From the NCBI GenBank assembly GCA_963772365.1, contig CAVYXA010000005.1, positions 255,264-319,263 on the forward strand: a DNA stretch of 64,000 nt, read 5' to 3'. The translations under genes and the position numbers were made by a program. Below are positions 20,814 through 32,130 of this stretch, piece after piece. The notes beneath the pieces are model-generated. The model did no database searches. It was not told where the DNA came from and saw nothing but the letters and a program-made list of their open reading frames with translations. Within the stretch, counting starts at the first letter, position 1, and each line of letters begins with the position of its first letter. The DNA is from an uncultured Verrucomicrobiae bacterium. GTDB lineage: Bacteria; Verrucomicrobiota; Verrucomicrobiia; Chthoniobacterales; UBA10450.

Positions 20814-21893
20814 GTGGATCGCGATTTGTTTCTTAATATCGCTGATTATGCCCCCGCGGCACGGCGGAAGTTACGGAAAGACGTCTTCGATTACTACGAT
20901 GGCGGCGCGCTGGATGAAATCACGCTTCGCGCGAATGCCGCCGGTTGGGAAAAACTGAAGCTGTTTTATCACGTCCTGGCTAGCGTCGGTGCGCGCGACA
21001 TGCACACGACCGTTCTCGGTCAACGCATCTCGATGCCGATCGGCGTCGCACCGACGGCATTTCACAAACTGGCTTGCCTAGATGGAGAGATTGCGACGGC
21101 TCGTGCAGCCAAAGCGGCTGAAACTGTCTGCGTTCTCAGCTCGTTATCGAACACGGCAATGGAAGCGGTGTTTGCCGAGGCGGGAAGCCCGCGATGGTTC
21201 CAGCTTTATGTTTATAAAGATCGCGAGATCACGCTCGATCTCATCAAACGCGCGGAAGCGGCCGGCGCCGAAGCGATCGTCTTGACTGTCGATGCTCCGG
21301 GGTTGGGCACAAGAGAGCGAGATTCCCGCAACAATTTCTCACTGCCGCCGGATCTCATTCTTGAAAACCTCGCTGCGTCGGGCAAAGGAAAGTTTCCCGA
21401 AGTTGCAGGATCGGCGCTTGCTGCCTACGTGAGAACAAACTTCAAAGCGGACCTCGGCTTTAACGATCTTGATTGGCTCTGTCATGTCACTCGTTTGCCG
21501 GTTGTAGTGAAGGGTGTTTGCCGCGGCGATGATGCAAGGCGCATAGCGGAACATGGAGCGAAGGCAATCGTCGTTTCCAACCATGGTGGTCGCCAGCTCG
21601 ACACCGCGCCTGCAACATGCGAGACGCTGCCGCACGTTGTCGATGCTGCGGGGGATCTCTGCGAGATCTATGTCGATGGTGGAATCCAGCGCGGAAGCGA
21701 CGTCCTCAAAGCTATTGCGCTCGGAGCGCGCGCCGTTTTTGTCGGTCGTGCGATCCTCTGGGGATTATGCGCTGACGGAGAAAAAGGCGCATTGCGCGTA
21801 TTGGAAATTCTCCGCCGCGAGCTCGACGAAGCGATGTTGCTTTGCGGTTGTTCAAACCTTGGCGACATCAACCGTTCGCTGCTGAGCTCTTAA
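20814..21893 (+). CDS. FMN-dependent alpha-hydroxy acid oxidase/dehydrogenase
   Basis: WFQLY, TVD, SNHGGRQLD, DGGIQRGSD. Confidence 0.92.
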   Translation: MDRDLFLNIADYAPAARRKLRKDVFDYYDGGALDEITLRANAAGWEKLKLFYHVLASVGARDMHTTVLGQRISMPIGVAPTAFHKLACLDGEIATARAAKAAETVCVLSSLSNTAMEAVFAEAGSPRWFQLYVYKDREITLDLIKRAEAAGAEAIVLTVDAPGLGTRERDSRNNFSLPPDLILENLAASGKGKFPEVAGSALAAYVRTNFKADLGFNDLDWLCHVTRLPVVVKGVCRGDDARRIAEHGAKAIVVSNHGGRQLDTAPATCETLPHVVDAAGDLCEIYVDGGIQRGSDVLKAIALGARAVFVGRAILWGLCADGEKGALRVLEILRRELDEAMLLCGCSNLGDINRSLLSS

Positions 21894-21914
21894 CTTATCT
21901 AAATCCCGCGGAGT

Positions 21915-23312
21915 TTACGCTTGAGTCTGGCTAACCGAGGTCTCGCTCAGTTTCTTGAAATGGAGCTGATTGACCCGCCGACCGTCCGTTTGTGAAACGG
22001 TAACGGTGTAATTGTCGATCTTAACCTGCTCGCCTTGTCGGGGAAGATGACCAAGTAAATGGGTAACGTAGCCGCCAATGGTGCTGACATCGGCGCTTTC
22101 CAGGTCGAGACCAGTGGCGTCGTTCAACTCGTATAGTCCTAACGCGCCAGCAACGGCAAACTCGTTCTCATTGATCGTCCGGAACTCTTCCTTTTCCATA
22201 TCGAACTCGTCCTGGATATCGCCGACCAGTTCCTCAAGCACGTTTTCCAATGTGACCATGCCAACCGTGCCGCCGAATTCATCCACCACCATCGCCAGAT
22301 GAGCGTGCTTGCCCAGGAACAATTTGAGCAATTTTTCCAGCGGCATCATCTCGGGCACCGGGATCAGTTCACGTTTAATTCTTAATAGATCCGGCTGCGG
22401 GTCTCGCACCATCGGCAGGAGTTCCTTTATGTGAATAAGACCAACCGTGTTATCGAGATTTTCGCGGCAAAGCGGAAACCGGGTGTGCCGAGAGGTGATC
22501 GCCTTTTTCAAATTCGTTTCGAAGCCCTCCTCGAGATCGAGATAAACGATCTCGCCTCGTGGTGTCATGATATCGCGCACCACGCGGTCACGCAGATCGA
22601 GCACATTGAAAACCAGCTCGCGTCCGAGCGAGGAAACTTCTTTCGATTGCTCACTTTGCTGCAGAATTAGGCGCAGTTCTTCCTCGCTGTGCGCCAACTC
22701 GGTCGCGTCGACGGGCTGGAGCCGAAGCACTTTCTGCAGCAGAAAATTGGACGATTTGTGCAGAAGCCAGATAACCGGGCTGAAGACGGATGTAGAATGC
22801 GCCCAGCGGACGCATCAATCGCATGGAAACAGGCAGCGGATTTGCGATTGCGATGTATTTGGGAGCGAGTTCTCCAAAGACAATGTGCAGGAAATGTGAT
22901 GCCAGCGAAAGCCAATGCAACTGAAACAGACGTGACGAACGCATGCGAGGTAATTTCGATCATTGCAAATGCCGGTTCCAAAATCGACGCCAGACACTGC
23001 TCTCCCACCCAGCCCAAACCCAGACTAGCCAGCGTCACACCGAGCTGGGTGGCGGAGAGGTAACTATCGAGATGGGAGCGAACATGTTTAACGAAACGGG
23101 CCCGCAGGTCTCCTTCCTCCATCAAGCGCGTCCAGCTGGCTCGTGCGAACTTTGACGATCGCGAATTCGCATGCCACAAAGAAAGCGTTCAGCCCCACCA
23201 GCGCAGCGATTGCCAGCAGTTTTCCGATCAAGACCATTGGCGGATCCCAATTTCGTTGAATCGCGTCACCGAACGGCGTCGCGGCCAAAAGCAATAGGAA
23301 AGCGATGTTCAT
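21915..23312 (-). CDS. Hemolysin/CNNM (DUF21-CBS-CorC) protein, several frameshifts
   Basis: [60 protein letters not shown] spread over four ORFs. Confidence 0.85.
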
Positions 23313-23355
23313 TCAGCGGACGCCGGTGCGGCATCCGAAAATCCCAGGCCAAACT

Positions 23356-23626
23356 TTACCAGCTGGATTTGGTTACGCCAGGGATGAGCCCTTGCGAAGC
23401 GAGCTCGCGAAAAGTGAGCCGCGAGATTTTGAAGCGGCGGATAAAAGCCCGCCGGCGGCCAGTCACTTCGCATCGATTCACCACCCGTGTAGGGCTGGCG
23501 TCCCGCGGCAATTGCGCGAGGCCGGCGTAATCCTTTTTCGCTTTCAGCTCTGCGCGCAAAGCGGCGTATTTCTTGACTGTCGCCGCGTTTGCGTTCGTTG
23601 CGATTAATCCAGGAGGTTTTGGCCAT
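23356..23626 (-). CDS. rpsN: 30S ribosomal protein S14, Zn-independent type (one extra base near 23585)
   Basis: [13 protein letters not shown]|…[19 protein letters not shown]…[17 protein letters not shown]; 90 codons +1 nt. Confidence 0.92.
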
Positions 23627-23670
23627 AGTGGAACGCCGAATGTAGCGGCGAAAGCCGAAATTTGCAACCC

Positions 23671-23730
23671 TGTCATTCCCTCAGGTGCGAAGTCCCCTTC
23701 CGTCCGGGACGCTCGCCCGGGAAATGATGG
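23671..23730. repeat. Palindromic REP-like element
   Basis: TGTCATTCCC…GGGAAATGATGG inverted ends, similar to the element at 27378. Confidence 0.45.
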
Positions 23731-23779
23731 CTTCTCCGCGCCGAGCCATTTAGCAGTATCGCTCGGTTAGCTTACCGGA

Positions 23780-24659
23780 ATGACCATCGAGACTCTCCGC
23801 CAGGTGCCGCTGTTTGAATCGTTGGATGACGAAACTGCCAGCGAGCTGTGCGATCTGCTAGAGACGCGCGACTGCGATGCGCACAAGATCCTGTTCCGGG
23901 CCGGGAGATGAAGGCAACGCCATGTATCTGATCGAGCACGGAAGGGTGCGAATCACCGTTCAGGCCCCGATGGTCGGGAATTAACCTTAACCGAGCTTGG
24001 ACCGGGGCGATTTCTTTGGGGAGATGGCGGTGCTCGACGGGAAACCCCGATCGGCCAACGCCACGACCATCGAGCACTCGCGCCTGGCCATTCTTTCCCG
24101 AGAGCATTTGCTTTCCTTTGTTCAACGCAATCCACGCGTTCGTTCTCGAAATGATTACCGCAATGGCAAATCGTCTGCGCCGCACGGACGAACTGTTGCG
24201 TCATACCGCCACGCGTAATGTCAATGTGGAGGAAGCCGCGCATTTGACCCTGGCCGATCGAGCGGCGGATCTCATCGCCGAGTTTGGCGGTAGTTGGAAA
24301 TTCATCATCTCGGCGGTGATATTTTTCAATTTCTGGGTCGCTGCTCAACAGCTGGATCCTGGTAACTTGGGAAACGGGGCTTTCGATACTTATCCCTTTC
24401 TCCTGCTTAGCACCGGACTCAACATGATCGCTGCCCTGCAGGCGCCGATCATCATGATGTCGCAAAACCGGCAGTCCCACAAAGATCGGCTGCGTGCCGA
24501 TCTCGATTATCAGGTCAATTTGAAGAACGAACTGCGCTCACGGAAATTTTAAGACGCTTGAAAAGACTTGAGGACGATTATCTCGGATTCAAGAGAGGAG
24601 AAGGAGACGGTTTCCCTGCAACGACAATCGCAGAAACCGGCGGCATAAGAGCGCTATAG
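23780..24659 (+). CDS. Cyclic-nucleotide-binding + DUF1003 membrane protein, several frameshifts; 3' end approximate
   Basis: MTIETLRQVPLF…GDFFGEMAVLDGKPRSANA…ADRAADLIAEFGGSW…FDTYPFLLL…QAPIIMMSQNRQ. Confidence 0.8.
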
Positions 24660-24685
24660 GGAAGCTGACAGCTTCCGCACAAAGT

Positions 24686-25792
24686 CTATTGCCGGGCTAG
24701 GCGTCGAAACAAAAACACGCCGAGAACGACAAAGAGCACGTTTGGAAACCAAACCAGCAATTCCGGATGCACTTTTGGAATGGACCGCAGAGTATCCCCG
24801 AGGATCACAAACAGAAAGTAAGTGATCGCCACGATCAATCCCATGGCGAAACCGATCGACGTCTCCCGCCGATGCGCCGTCACGCCCAGGGGCACGCCGA
24901 TGATCGTGAAGGCGAGACAGGCGAATGGAAATGAGAAGCGCTTGTTGATTTCGGTGCGGCTGGCGCTGCGTTCGCGTTTGCTCCCCGTCTTCAGCTGCTC
25001 GAGCAATTGTTCAATCGACAAGGCGGAGCGGCTGGGCCGCTTTTTCTGGCGTTCATAAAGTTCCTCCAGGCTGATCGGCAGGGTTCCTTCCTTCATACTG
25101 ATGCCGTCGCGGATTTTCCGAAGGTCTAACGGCGCGTTTTCGTCCCGCTGTTGATAACGTGCATTGTAGAGATGCATGAGGATGCGCTGGTTTTTCAGGT
25201 CAGCTTCCAACCGGCCGGTGCGGGCGTACGTGACTCGCATCGGAAGGGCATCATCGTTCATCTCGAACACAATGATATTTTCCAGCTCGTTCCCGTCCTT
25301 TTTTCCGACGTAAATTTTTCGCCCCGGGAACTGATCGATTACCTGATCGCTGCCGAAAAGAGCCATCGGATTGCGAGTAGCCAAATCGTAAATGGTGCTC
25401 CGCAGTTTCTCCTGAGCCGCCGGAGCGGCCTCTACATTGAGCCAGAGACAGATTCCGGTGCAAATCAAACCAATCGCGGCCAGCGGAAAACAAATTCGAG
25501 TGATGCTCACGCCATTGCAGCGCAATGCCACCAGCTCGTTGTCCGCCGAAAGTCTCCCGAACACGAGCAGGATCGCAGTCAGTAGTCCCCACGGAATGGT
25601 AAAGATCAGCGAGAACGGCAGAATATAAGCGACAAAGCTGAGCAGATATTCCACCGGAACATCGTGATTCACCAATAACGGCAGCAGTTTGCGAAAAATG
25701 TTGCCCACAACAAGCACAAGACTGAGCACGGCAATAGCGAAGAGCACGTTGACGACTAATTCGCGACTGATGAACCGGTCGATCAGCTTCAT
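24686..25792 (-). CDS. LptF/LptG family LPS export permease
   Basis: IDRFI start, FGRLSADNELVALRCNGVS, RFSFPFAC…GVPLG, WFPN. Confidence 0.88.
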   Translation of the reverse strand: MKLIDRFISRELVVNVLFAIAVLSLVLVVGNIFRKLLPLLVNHDVPVEYLLSFVAYILPFSLIFTIPWGLLTAILLVFGRLSADNELVALRCNGVSITRICFPLAAIGLICTGICLWLNVEAAPAAQEKLRSTIYDLATRNPMALFGSDQVIDQFPGRKIYVGKKDGNELENIIVFEMNDDALPMRVTYARTGRLEADLKNQRILMHLYNARYQQRDENAPLDLRKIRDGISMKEGTLPISLEELYERQKKRPSRSALSIEQLLEQLKTGSKRERSASRTEINKRFSFPFACLAFTIIGVPLGVTAHRRETSIGFAMGLIVAITYFLFVILGDTLRSIPKVHPELLVWFPNVLFVVLGVFLFRRLARQ

Positions 25793-25834
25793 TTCTATAC
25801 TGTTCTCCGTCGCGGTTTGAGTTGGAGAAGACCG

Positions 25835-26320
25835 CTATTCTTCGCCGTCGTAATAATCCACAGGCTCGGAGCGAATGAGTCGGCGTTCGGGAGAGTAAAC
25901 GATCCATTTTTTACTGTCCGGCTGGTAACAGGACTCGTTGATCGGGTTGTCGGCCACTACATACAAAACAAGGTCCCGATCCGATTGTGCTGGATTGCTA
26001 ATCTGATGAGGTTCTCCCGGCTTAAAAAGAAACGCATCGCCGCTGTCGATCTCGGTCGTGCCATCCTGATGGCGGACAACTCCTTTTCCCGAGATCACAT
26101 GATAGAACTCCCATTGCGCGCCATGGGAATGATACGTGTAAGGGCTTTTCCCGGGCGGGATCCGGAGGATCTCGACGTCAAACGGGTGCCGTTCCACGAG
26201 ATCGGTCGAAGATGGTTTTCTTCCCAGCGCTTCGGAAACTTCCTTGCCAAAGCCAGCAAATTTTCCTTTCGGGGAAGTCCAGGAGATCTCAGTGATATTG
26301 TTGGTGTTTACCTTCAGCAT
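25835..26320 (-). CDS. Cupin domain protein
   Basis: YHSHGAQWEFYHVISG…GEPHQISN. Confidence 0.85.
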   Translation of the reverse strand: MLKVNTNNITEISWTSPKGKFAGFGKEVSEALGRKPSSTDLVERHPFDVEILRIPPGKSPYTYHSHGAQWEFYHVISGKGVVRHQDGTTEIDSGDAFLFKPGEPHQISNPAQSDRDLVLYVVADNPINESCYQPDSKKWIVYSPERRLIRSEPVDYYDGEE

Positions 26321-26331
26321 CAGTCCCGCGT

Positions 26332-26730
26332 TCACCGGATGCCACTGTCACACTGCCAGTTTACATCGGTCATTTTGCCGGCCACCACATCCACTTCAAA
26401 CGGACCAAATTTGCCAATGCTGTGTTTCGTGCCCGCCAGCGAGATCGTGTAATGGCCGGGCGGTAGCGAGACTTGAAATCGGCCATCGGCGTCGGTGGTA
26501 AACGTAGTGACTTCTCCCTGCTGGTTGTTCACGGCCCAGGTCGTGTTCGGTAGCGGCTTCAAATCTGCTTCGCCGACATGGCTCGGCCCGGGCTGGGCAG
26601 GCGTGACGGAAATTGTTCCTTTTATTCCAGCGCCGGAGTCGGTTGCGGCTGGAGTATCAGCATTTGAAAAACTTGGGATAGCCATTGCGATGAACATCAA
26701 GATCGACGGGAATAAATGCGTCGGCTTCAT
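26332..26730 (-). CDS. Secreted protein with carboxypeptidase regulatory-like (transthyretin-fold) domain
   Basis: Signal peptide; GIKGTI…TTDADGRFQVSLPPGHYTI. Confidence 0.7.
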   Translation of the reverse strand: MKPTHLFPSILMFIAMAIPSFSNADTPAATDSGAGIKGTISVTPAQPGPSHVGEADLKPLPNTTWAVNNQQGEVTTFTTDADGRFQVSLPPGHYTISLAGTKHSIGKFGPFEVDVVAGKMTDVNWQCDSGIR

Positions 26731-26884
26731 GAATGGCAATCGCTCAATCGCGCGCCGATTGCAACCCAATGGCCGAGACGATCCAGGCGACGATACAAAT
26801 AATTGTGAGCGTTCCGATAAATTTGCTCTGCTTCACAACAGTCAGTTTTGCGCGATAACGTTACATCCTGAATGGACGAAACCG

Positions 26885-27367
26885 ATGTCTGAGAGCTCAA
26901 AATCTGCCAGGAGTCGCGTCAGTGCTGGTTTACTGATGTTCCGTCGTAAGATCGACAATCTCGAAGTGTTGCTGGTTCATCCGGGCGGTCCCTTCTGGAC
27001 GAATAAGGACGAAGGCGCATGGAGCATTCCCAAGGGCGAAGCTGGCCCCGATGAAGATCTGTTGCAGCGCGCTCAAATCGAATTCGAAGAAGAGCTCGGG
27101 TTTCGAGCGAAGGGGAATTGGATTCCGCTTGGTTCAATCAAGCAGCGAGGCGGCAAGACCGTTCATGCGTGGGCAGTGGAAGCCGATTTGCCTGAGTCAT
27201 TCGAGCTGAAATCAAATTCCTTTGAACTCGAATGGCCGCCCCGCTCTGGAACATTCAAGAATTTTCCCGAAATTGATCGCGCGGAATTTTTCCCGGAAGA
27301 AATTGCCCGCCGCAAAATTAATCCCGCTCAGATTGCCTTCCTCGAACGGCTTGGCGCCATCCTTTAG
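26885..27367 (+). CDS. NUDIX domain protein
   Basis: SAGLLMF, VHPGGPFW, WSIPKGE…EFEEELG, EWPPRSG, FPEIDRA. Confidence 0.85.
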   Translation: MSESSKSARSRVSAGLLMFRRKIDNLEVLLVHPGGPFWTNKDEGAWSIPKGEAGPDEDLLQRAQIEFEEELGFRAKGNWIPLGSIKQRGGKTVHAWAVEADLPESFELKSNSFELEWPPRSGTFKNFPEIDRAEFFPEEIARRKINPAQIAFLERLGAIL

Positions 27368-27377
27368 TTCAAAGCGC

Positions 27378-27476
27378 TGTCATTCTGATCCCGCAGCCGC
27401 TGGAGAAGAATCTCACATCATTGCTCAGTTAGGTTTTGCGAATGCACGGAGATGTTTCGCTTCGCTCAACATGACA
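27378..27476. repeat. Palindromic REP-like element between convergent genes
   Basis: TGTCAT…GAAGAATCTC…GAGATGTTTCGCTTCGCTCAACATGACA, inverted termini. Confidence 0.6.
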
Positions 27477-27497
27477 ACTGTATTAACGAGATGGTCT

Positions 27498-28607
27498 CTA
27501 CTTCTTTACTCCGCGTTTCGTCGTGAGATAAACCGCAAAACTCCCAAGCCAATGCCCGCCCTCATAATGTTCGCCGGTAACGGCGGAGAAACCGGCGCGG
27601 CGATGCGCCTCGGCGGCTGTTTGTAGCGCGGGCAGACGAGGATCGTCTTTTGGCAGGCCGGAGATGATTCCCTCAAGCATCCATGCACGACTGAGATTCA
27701 GCCCATCGAGATGGGCCAGCTTCGGGTCGCTCGGATCTGTCGATGCTACGACGGAAAGCCAGTCGGACTTGGATGTCGATCCTACGACCGGAATTTGCGG
27801 GAGAAATTCCTTTAACCAACCAGCGAACTCCGTTTTTGTTAAAATGCGACGCATCACATCGGCTTCGCCCAGGCACGGCGAAAGGAAATCTTCGCCCGAA
27901 GGTTCGTAGTTCAGCGGACAATTCTTGTCGGCTAGAAAAAACCTTTTCGCCGAATCAATTGCCAGCTTGGCGAACGATTGATCTCCTTTGCCGCGCGCAT
28001 AATCGAGAATCAATCCAAGTGCGAACGCGGTCTGATCGTGTTCGCCGATTCGCACCGGCTCCGATAATTTCGGCAACCATGCGCTCAATCGTTCCACCGC
28101 CGCGTCTTCCAGTGGTTTGAGATTGGCCAGCATTTCGCCCGCGTCGGGGTCGTCCCATTCGCGAAGTTCGGCGCACAATTGCAATAACCAGGCCAGCCCA
28201 TATGGGCGCTCAAAACTCGCGCGGCCCTGACCGCGAATATAGTCCGCTTCCTTTTTTAAATTCTCCGCAGTGAGACTTTCCTTTAGCGCTTCACGAGCTG
28301 CCTTTGCAAATGAAGCATTGGGAAAGGTTCGCAAAAGCCGGGCGAGCAGCCAATGCCCGTGCACTGACGAATGCCAATCGAAGCAGCCGTAGAACGCCGG
28401 AGTGAGTTTGCGCGGCGGCGCGACATCCGCGTCGCTGTTGAGGACATGTGCGATCTTATTCGGATACTCCTTGTGGACGCAGGCAAGCGCGAGATTCGCA
28501 AAGCGCTCCGCCGCTTTGGCATCAAAGGCTGGTGATTCTGTTTCGGCGGCAAGCTCAATCAGTGGGACGAAGGCGAGTACAATGCCGAGATATTTTATCA
28601 TTCCCAA
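27498..28607 (-). CDS. DUF2891-family protein, secreted
   Basis: EYPNK, PAFYGCFDWHSSVHGHW, FERPYGLAW, HLDGLNLSRAW, YEGGHWL. Confidence 0.8.
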   Translation of the reverse strand: MGMIKYLGIVLAFVPLIELAAETESPAFDAKAAERFANLALACVHKEYPNKIAHVLNSDADVAPPRKLTPAFYGCFDWHSSVHGHWLLARLLRTFPNASFAKAAREALKESLTAENLKKEADYIRGQGRASFERPYGLAWLLQLCAELREWDDPDAGEMLANLKPLEDAAVERLSAWLPKLSEPVRIGEHDQTAFALGLILDYARGKGDQSFAKLAIDSAKRFFLADKNCPLNYEPSGEDFLSPCLGEADVMRRILTKTEFAGWLKEFLPQIPVVGSTSKSDWLSVVASTDPSDPKLAHLDGLNLSRAWMLEGIISGLPKDDPRLPALQTAAEAHRRAGFSAVTGEHYEGGHWLGSFAVYLTTKRGVKK

Positions 28608-28614
28608 TCAATGT

Positions 28615-31600
28615 CTATTTCGCGCCACCCACGAGTTTTTCCGCCGCAGCGACATCACCCTCCAGCTTTTTCTCGCCGTCCTTCGCCTGTTGATCGAGTT
28701 GCCGAAACACTTCATAATGCGCCGCTGTCGGTCGGACGTAAGACAAATCGATATCCGCGGCGAGGTAGGCGAGATGGTCCCGTAATCTCGTGGGATGAAG
28801 CAGGTCGCCCTCGCTCGATTTCATCGCCATCTGAGCGACACTGTCGATGTCTCGATTGAGAGTGGCTACAGTGTTGGCTGCTTGCGCATCGGTCACGCTC
28901 TTGGCGGCGACGGCCTTCTCCAGTTTCTCGCGGGTAGCCAGCGCTGCGTTAACAGCTTTATCGAGCGTGTCGAGGTCGGCATGAATCTTTAGATCCAAAT
29001 CCAAACGGGCCTGCAGATCCTGTTGTGTCGCATGAAGGCGCGGGTCGAGAGCGATCGTGAGCTTTTGTTGCATTTTTTGGCCGTCGTAATTGAGCGTGAC
29101 CGTGTAGGTGCCGGGTACAACTACAGGACCTTCCACGGAATCCTCCAGTCCGCCGGCAGCGATGGGAGCGTGGTAACCGGTAATCTCTGTCGCGTAGGGA
29201 TAGCGCAAGTCCCACTGGAGATGGTTCATTCCCGGCTCGACCGCGGCTAGCTTTGCTTCCTTTTCCTGGATCTTCAGGTCGGTGCTGATCTCAGTCTTGG
29301 CTTCTTCAGCGGCGTTCTCGAGATGCCGGCTCGCCTGCGGCTCGCTTGCCTTTGCTTTTTCTTTTTTCTCTTCTTCGGTGGCGAGATGCAGTGGGATGCT
29401 GCGAACCACTTTTCCGTGGGCATCGCTGAACTCCAGCGTCGCCGACGTTTTCCCGTCGTAGTTCTGGGGCATGTGGAAGAAAACGGTCGCGCCAAACGGC
29501 GGATTGTAACCGGCATTCGGTGGACGTCTCCAAGCCGGATCCGGCAGGCCATAGGCATGCGTGAGCCAGGCTTGTTCTGGAGCGAACAGGAAACTGCCAT
29601 CGGATTGGACGCTCGGATTTTTCGTCAATTGCTCGAGAAACGTGAGATTACCGAGCACCCAAAATGCACGCCCATGCGTGGCCGCCGCGATCTCGCCCTG
29701 CCGCGTGTTTACCTGGAGATCGCGCACTTGAGCGACAGGAAGATTTAGCGTGAGCGGCTGCCAGTGGTCTCCTCCGTCCAGACTGAAATAGACCGTGCTG
29801 CGAGTACCGACGAACAAGAGCTTCGACTCGTTAGGGTCCTGCCGGAGATCGAAGACAAACTCATCATCGGGCAAGCCATTCGTGATCGCGGTCCAATGCT
29901 GTCCCAAGTCCGTCGTCTTGAAAATGTACGGCTTAAAGTCGTCCAGCATGTAACGGCGGGCCGTCAGAAACGCTGTGTTCTTGTCGGTGTGCGATGGCTC
30001 AATGCAACTGATCCAGGCGTGGTCTGGGAGTCCCGGCGGCGTTATCTTCTTCCAGTTCTTTCCGCCATCGGTGCTGACGTGCGCCAGGCCGTCGTCGGAT
30101 CCGGTCCAAAGTAGATTGCCGTCAAGCGGAGAAATCGCGAGGGCCGAGACCAAAGGATAAATTTCGGCGCCGGACTGATCGAGATCGATCGGTCCGCCAC
30201 TTGGTTTTTGTTTTTCAGGCTCGTTCCGGGTGAGATCGGGAGAAATTTGTTTCCACGTCGCGCCGTAGTCGTCGCTTCTGAATATGTACTGTGCCGCAGT
30301 AAACAGTTGCTTCGGGCTCGCCGGCGAAAACAGAATGGGATGCGTCCAGCCAAATCGATTCTTCAGCTCCCCGGATGATGAGCCTTCGTTATAATGCGGC
30401 CACGGACTCACGCTGCGATACTCGTCAGTGCGCTGATCGTGCTTCACGAAAATGCTGTAATAGCCGCTCCCGTAGGTAATGTCCGGATCGCGCGGTTGCG
30501 GCACGGTGTAAGTGCTTTCGCCGTATGCGACTTCGTGCCAGGAGGAGAGCGGGATCAACCCTCCCGCATACGCGCTCGGTCCTTCGAACGAACCTTCATC
30601 CTGTTGTGCCCCATAAATGTGATACGGAAACTGATCGTCGATGTTGACGTGGTAAAACTGGCCGGTCGGCTGGTTGTGCTCGGTGCTCCATGTTTTGCCG
30701 CCGTCGATCGAAACCGTGGCGCCGCCGTCATTCCCTTCGAGCAAGATGTTTGTATCGTCCGGATTGATCCAGATCACGTGATTGTCGCCGTGCGGCGTTT
30801 TCAATTTAGTAAACGTCTTCGCGCCATCATGGGAAACAAACAAAGCATCCACCTCCGGCGCATATACGGTGTTCGGGTCCTTGGGATCGGCGAAGATCGT
30901 CATGTAATAAAAAGCGCGTTGCCGCAGTTTCATGTCGTCGTTCACACGTTTCCACGTCCCGCCTCCGTCCTCGGAACGGAAAACCCCGCCTTCTTTTGCC
31001 TGAATGATCGCGTAAACTATGTCCGGTTTGCTGGCGGCGATCGAGACTCCCATGCGGCCGAGGGTTCCTTCTGGTAAACCCGGATTATGCGAGATGTTAG
31101 TCCAATGCGCGCCGCCATCGGTCGTCTTGTAAATGGCGCTCCCCGGGCCCCCGCTGGTTAGTCCCCACGGTTTCCGCTCGGCCTCCCACATTGTTGCATA
31201 CAGCAGATCCGAATGATTCGGATCCATCACCAGGCAAATGGCGCCGGTCTTGTCGTCCACGAACAACACTTTGTTCCACGACCTGCCGCCATCAGTGGAT
31301 TTGAAAATGCCGCGGTTCGGATCAGGCGCGAACACATGGCCCATTGACGCGACGTAAACAATATTCGGGTCCTTGGGATCGACCAAAATTGCGCTGATTG
31401 AATGCGCGTCGCGCAAACCGATAGGCTGCCACGTTTTGCCGGCGTCCGTTGACTTTAAAAGCCCATCGCCAGGAATCACATTCGCGCGGATGTCGGCCTC
31501 GCCCGTGCCGACATAAAGAATATCCGGATTGGATGATGCCACTGCCACCGCGCCGATACTCGAGCTTGGTCCCGGCAACTTGCCGTCGGTGATGTTTTCC

Positions 31601-31863
31601 CATTCGACACCATCGTCCGTGCTGCGCCAAACGCCGCCGCCCACCGTACCGGCATAAAAAAGATTGTTGTTACCAGGGACGCCGGTCACCGTCACCACTC
31701 GACCGCCGATATAGGGGCCGACGCAACGCCATTTGAGTTTCGACATCAGTGCCTGGGCTGCTAATGGCTTCGCTGGCTGAGCTGTGACAACTGCGCCGAG
31801 GAGCGCCGCGATGGCAAAAATAAAAAGCGCACGAATGTTTACCAAGCCTAAAACATTTTCCAT
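28615..31863 (-). CDS. BNR/Asp-box repeat (VPS10-like) glycosyl hydrolase-like protein
   Basis: Many SxDxGxTW repeats, WRCVGP..GGRV, GAQQD, ATHGRAFW. Confidence 0.85.
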   Translation of the reverse strand: MENVLGLVNIRALFIFAIAALLGAVVTAQPAKPLAAQALMSKLKWRCVGPYIGGRVVTVTGVPGNNNLFYAGTVGGGVWRSTDDGVEWENITDGKLPGPSSSIGAVAVASSNPDILYVGTGEADIRANVIPGDGLLKSTDAGKTWQPIGLRDAHSISAILVDPKDPNIVYVASMGHVFAPDPNRGIFKSTDGGRSWNKVLFVDDKTGAICLVMDPNHSDLLYATMWEAERKPWGLTSGGPGSAIYKTTDGGAHWTNISHNPGLPEGTLGRMGVSIAASKPDIVYAIIQAKEGGVFRSEDGGGTWKRVNDDMKLRQRAFYYMTIFADPKDPNTVYAPEVDALFVSHDGAKTFTKLKTPHGDNHVIWINPDDTNILLEGNDGGATVSIDGGKTWSTEHNQPTGQFYHVNIDDQFPYHIYGAQQDEGSFEGPSAYAGGLIPLSSWHEVAYGESTYTVPQPRDPDITYGSGYYSIFVKHDQRTDEYRSVSPWPHYNEGSSSGELKNRFGWTHPILFSPASPKQLFTAAQYIFRSDDYGATWKQISPDLTRNEPEKQKPSGGPIDLDQSGAEIYPLVSALAISPLDGNLLWTGSDDGLAHVSTDGGKNWKKITPPGLPDHAWISCIEPSHTDKNTAFLTARRYMLDDFKPYIFKTTDLGQHWTAITNGLPDDEFVFDLRQDPNESKLLFVGTRSTVYFSLDGGDHWQPLTLNLPVAQVRDLQVNTRQGEIAAATHGRAFWVLGNLTFLEQLTKNPSVQSDGSFLFAPEQAWLTHAYGLPDPAWRRPPNAGYNPPFGATVFFHMPQNYDGKTSATLEFSDAHGKVVRSIPLHLATEEEKKEKAKASEPQASRHLENAAEEAKTEISTDLKIQEKEAKLAAVEPGMNHLQWDLRYPYATEITGYHAPIAAGGLEDSVEGPVVVPGTYTVTLNYDGQKMQQKLTIALDPRLHATQQDLQARLDLDLKIHADLDTLDKAVNAALATREKLEKAVAAKSVTDAQAANTVATLNRDIDSVAQMAMKSSEGDLLHPTRLRDHLAYLAADIDLSYVRPTAAHYEVFRQLDQQAKDGEKKLEGDVAAAEKLVGGAK

Positions 31864-32130
31864 AGTTCAATTCTCCGGTGAATTTCTAAGTCTCTACCTT
31901 TCTCTAAATATACGCATATGAGACGGTGCGAAAGTGCGACCAATTCGTCGGTGAGACGCGATCTCCCGGCGTGTTGGCACCACAATTGGCAGCCTGTGGC
32001 TGGGTAGATTTGCCATCGTCTTCGGAGAAGCCGATCCACCACGACTGTCTTCGGAGAACGCTCGCGGTAGCATCCGCCTTATGATTTTGCCGGTGGAAAC
32101 GCTCCCAAATTCTGTTACTGTTTTCTTCCC

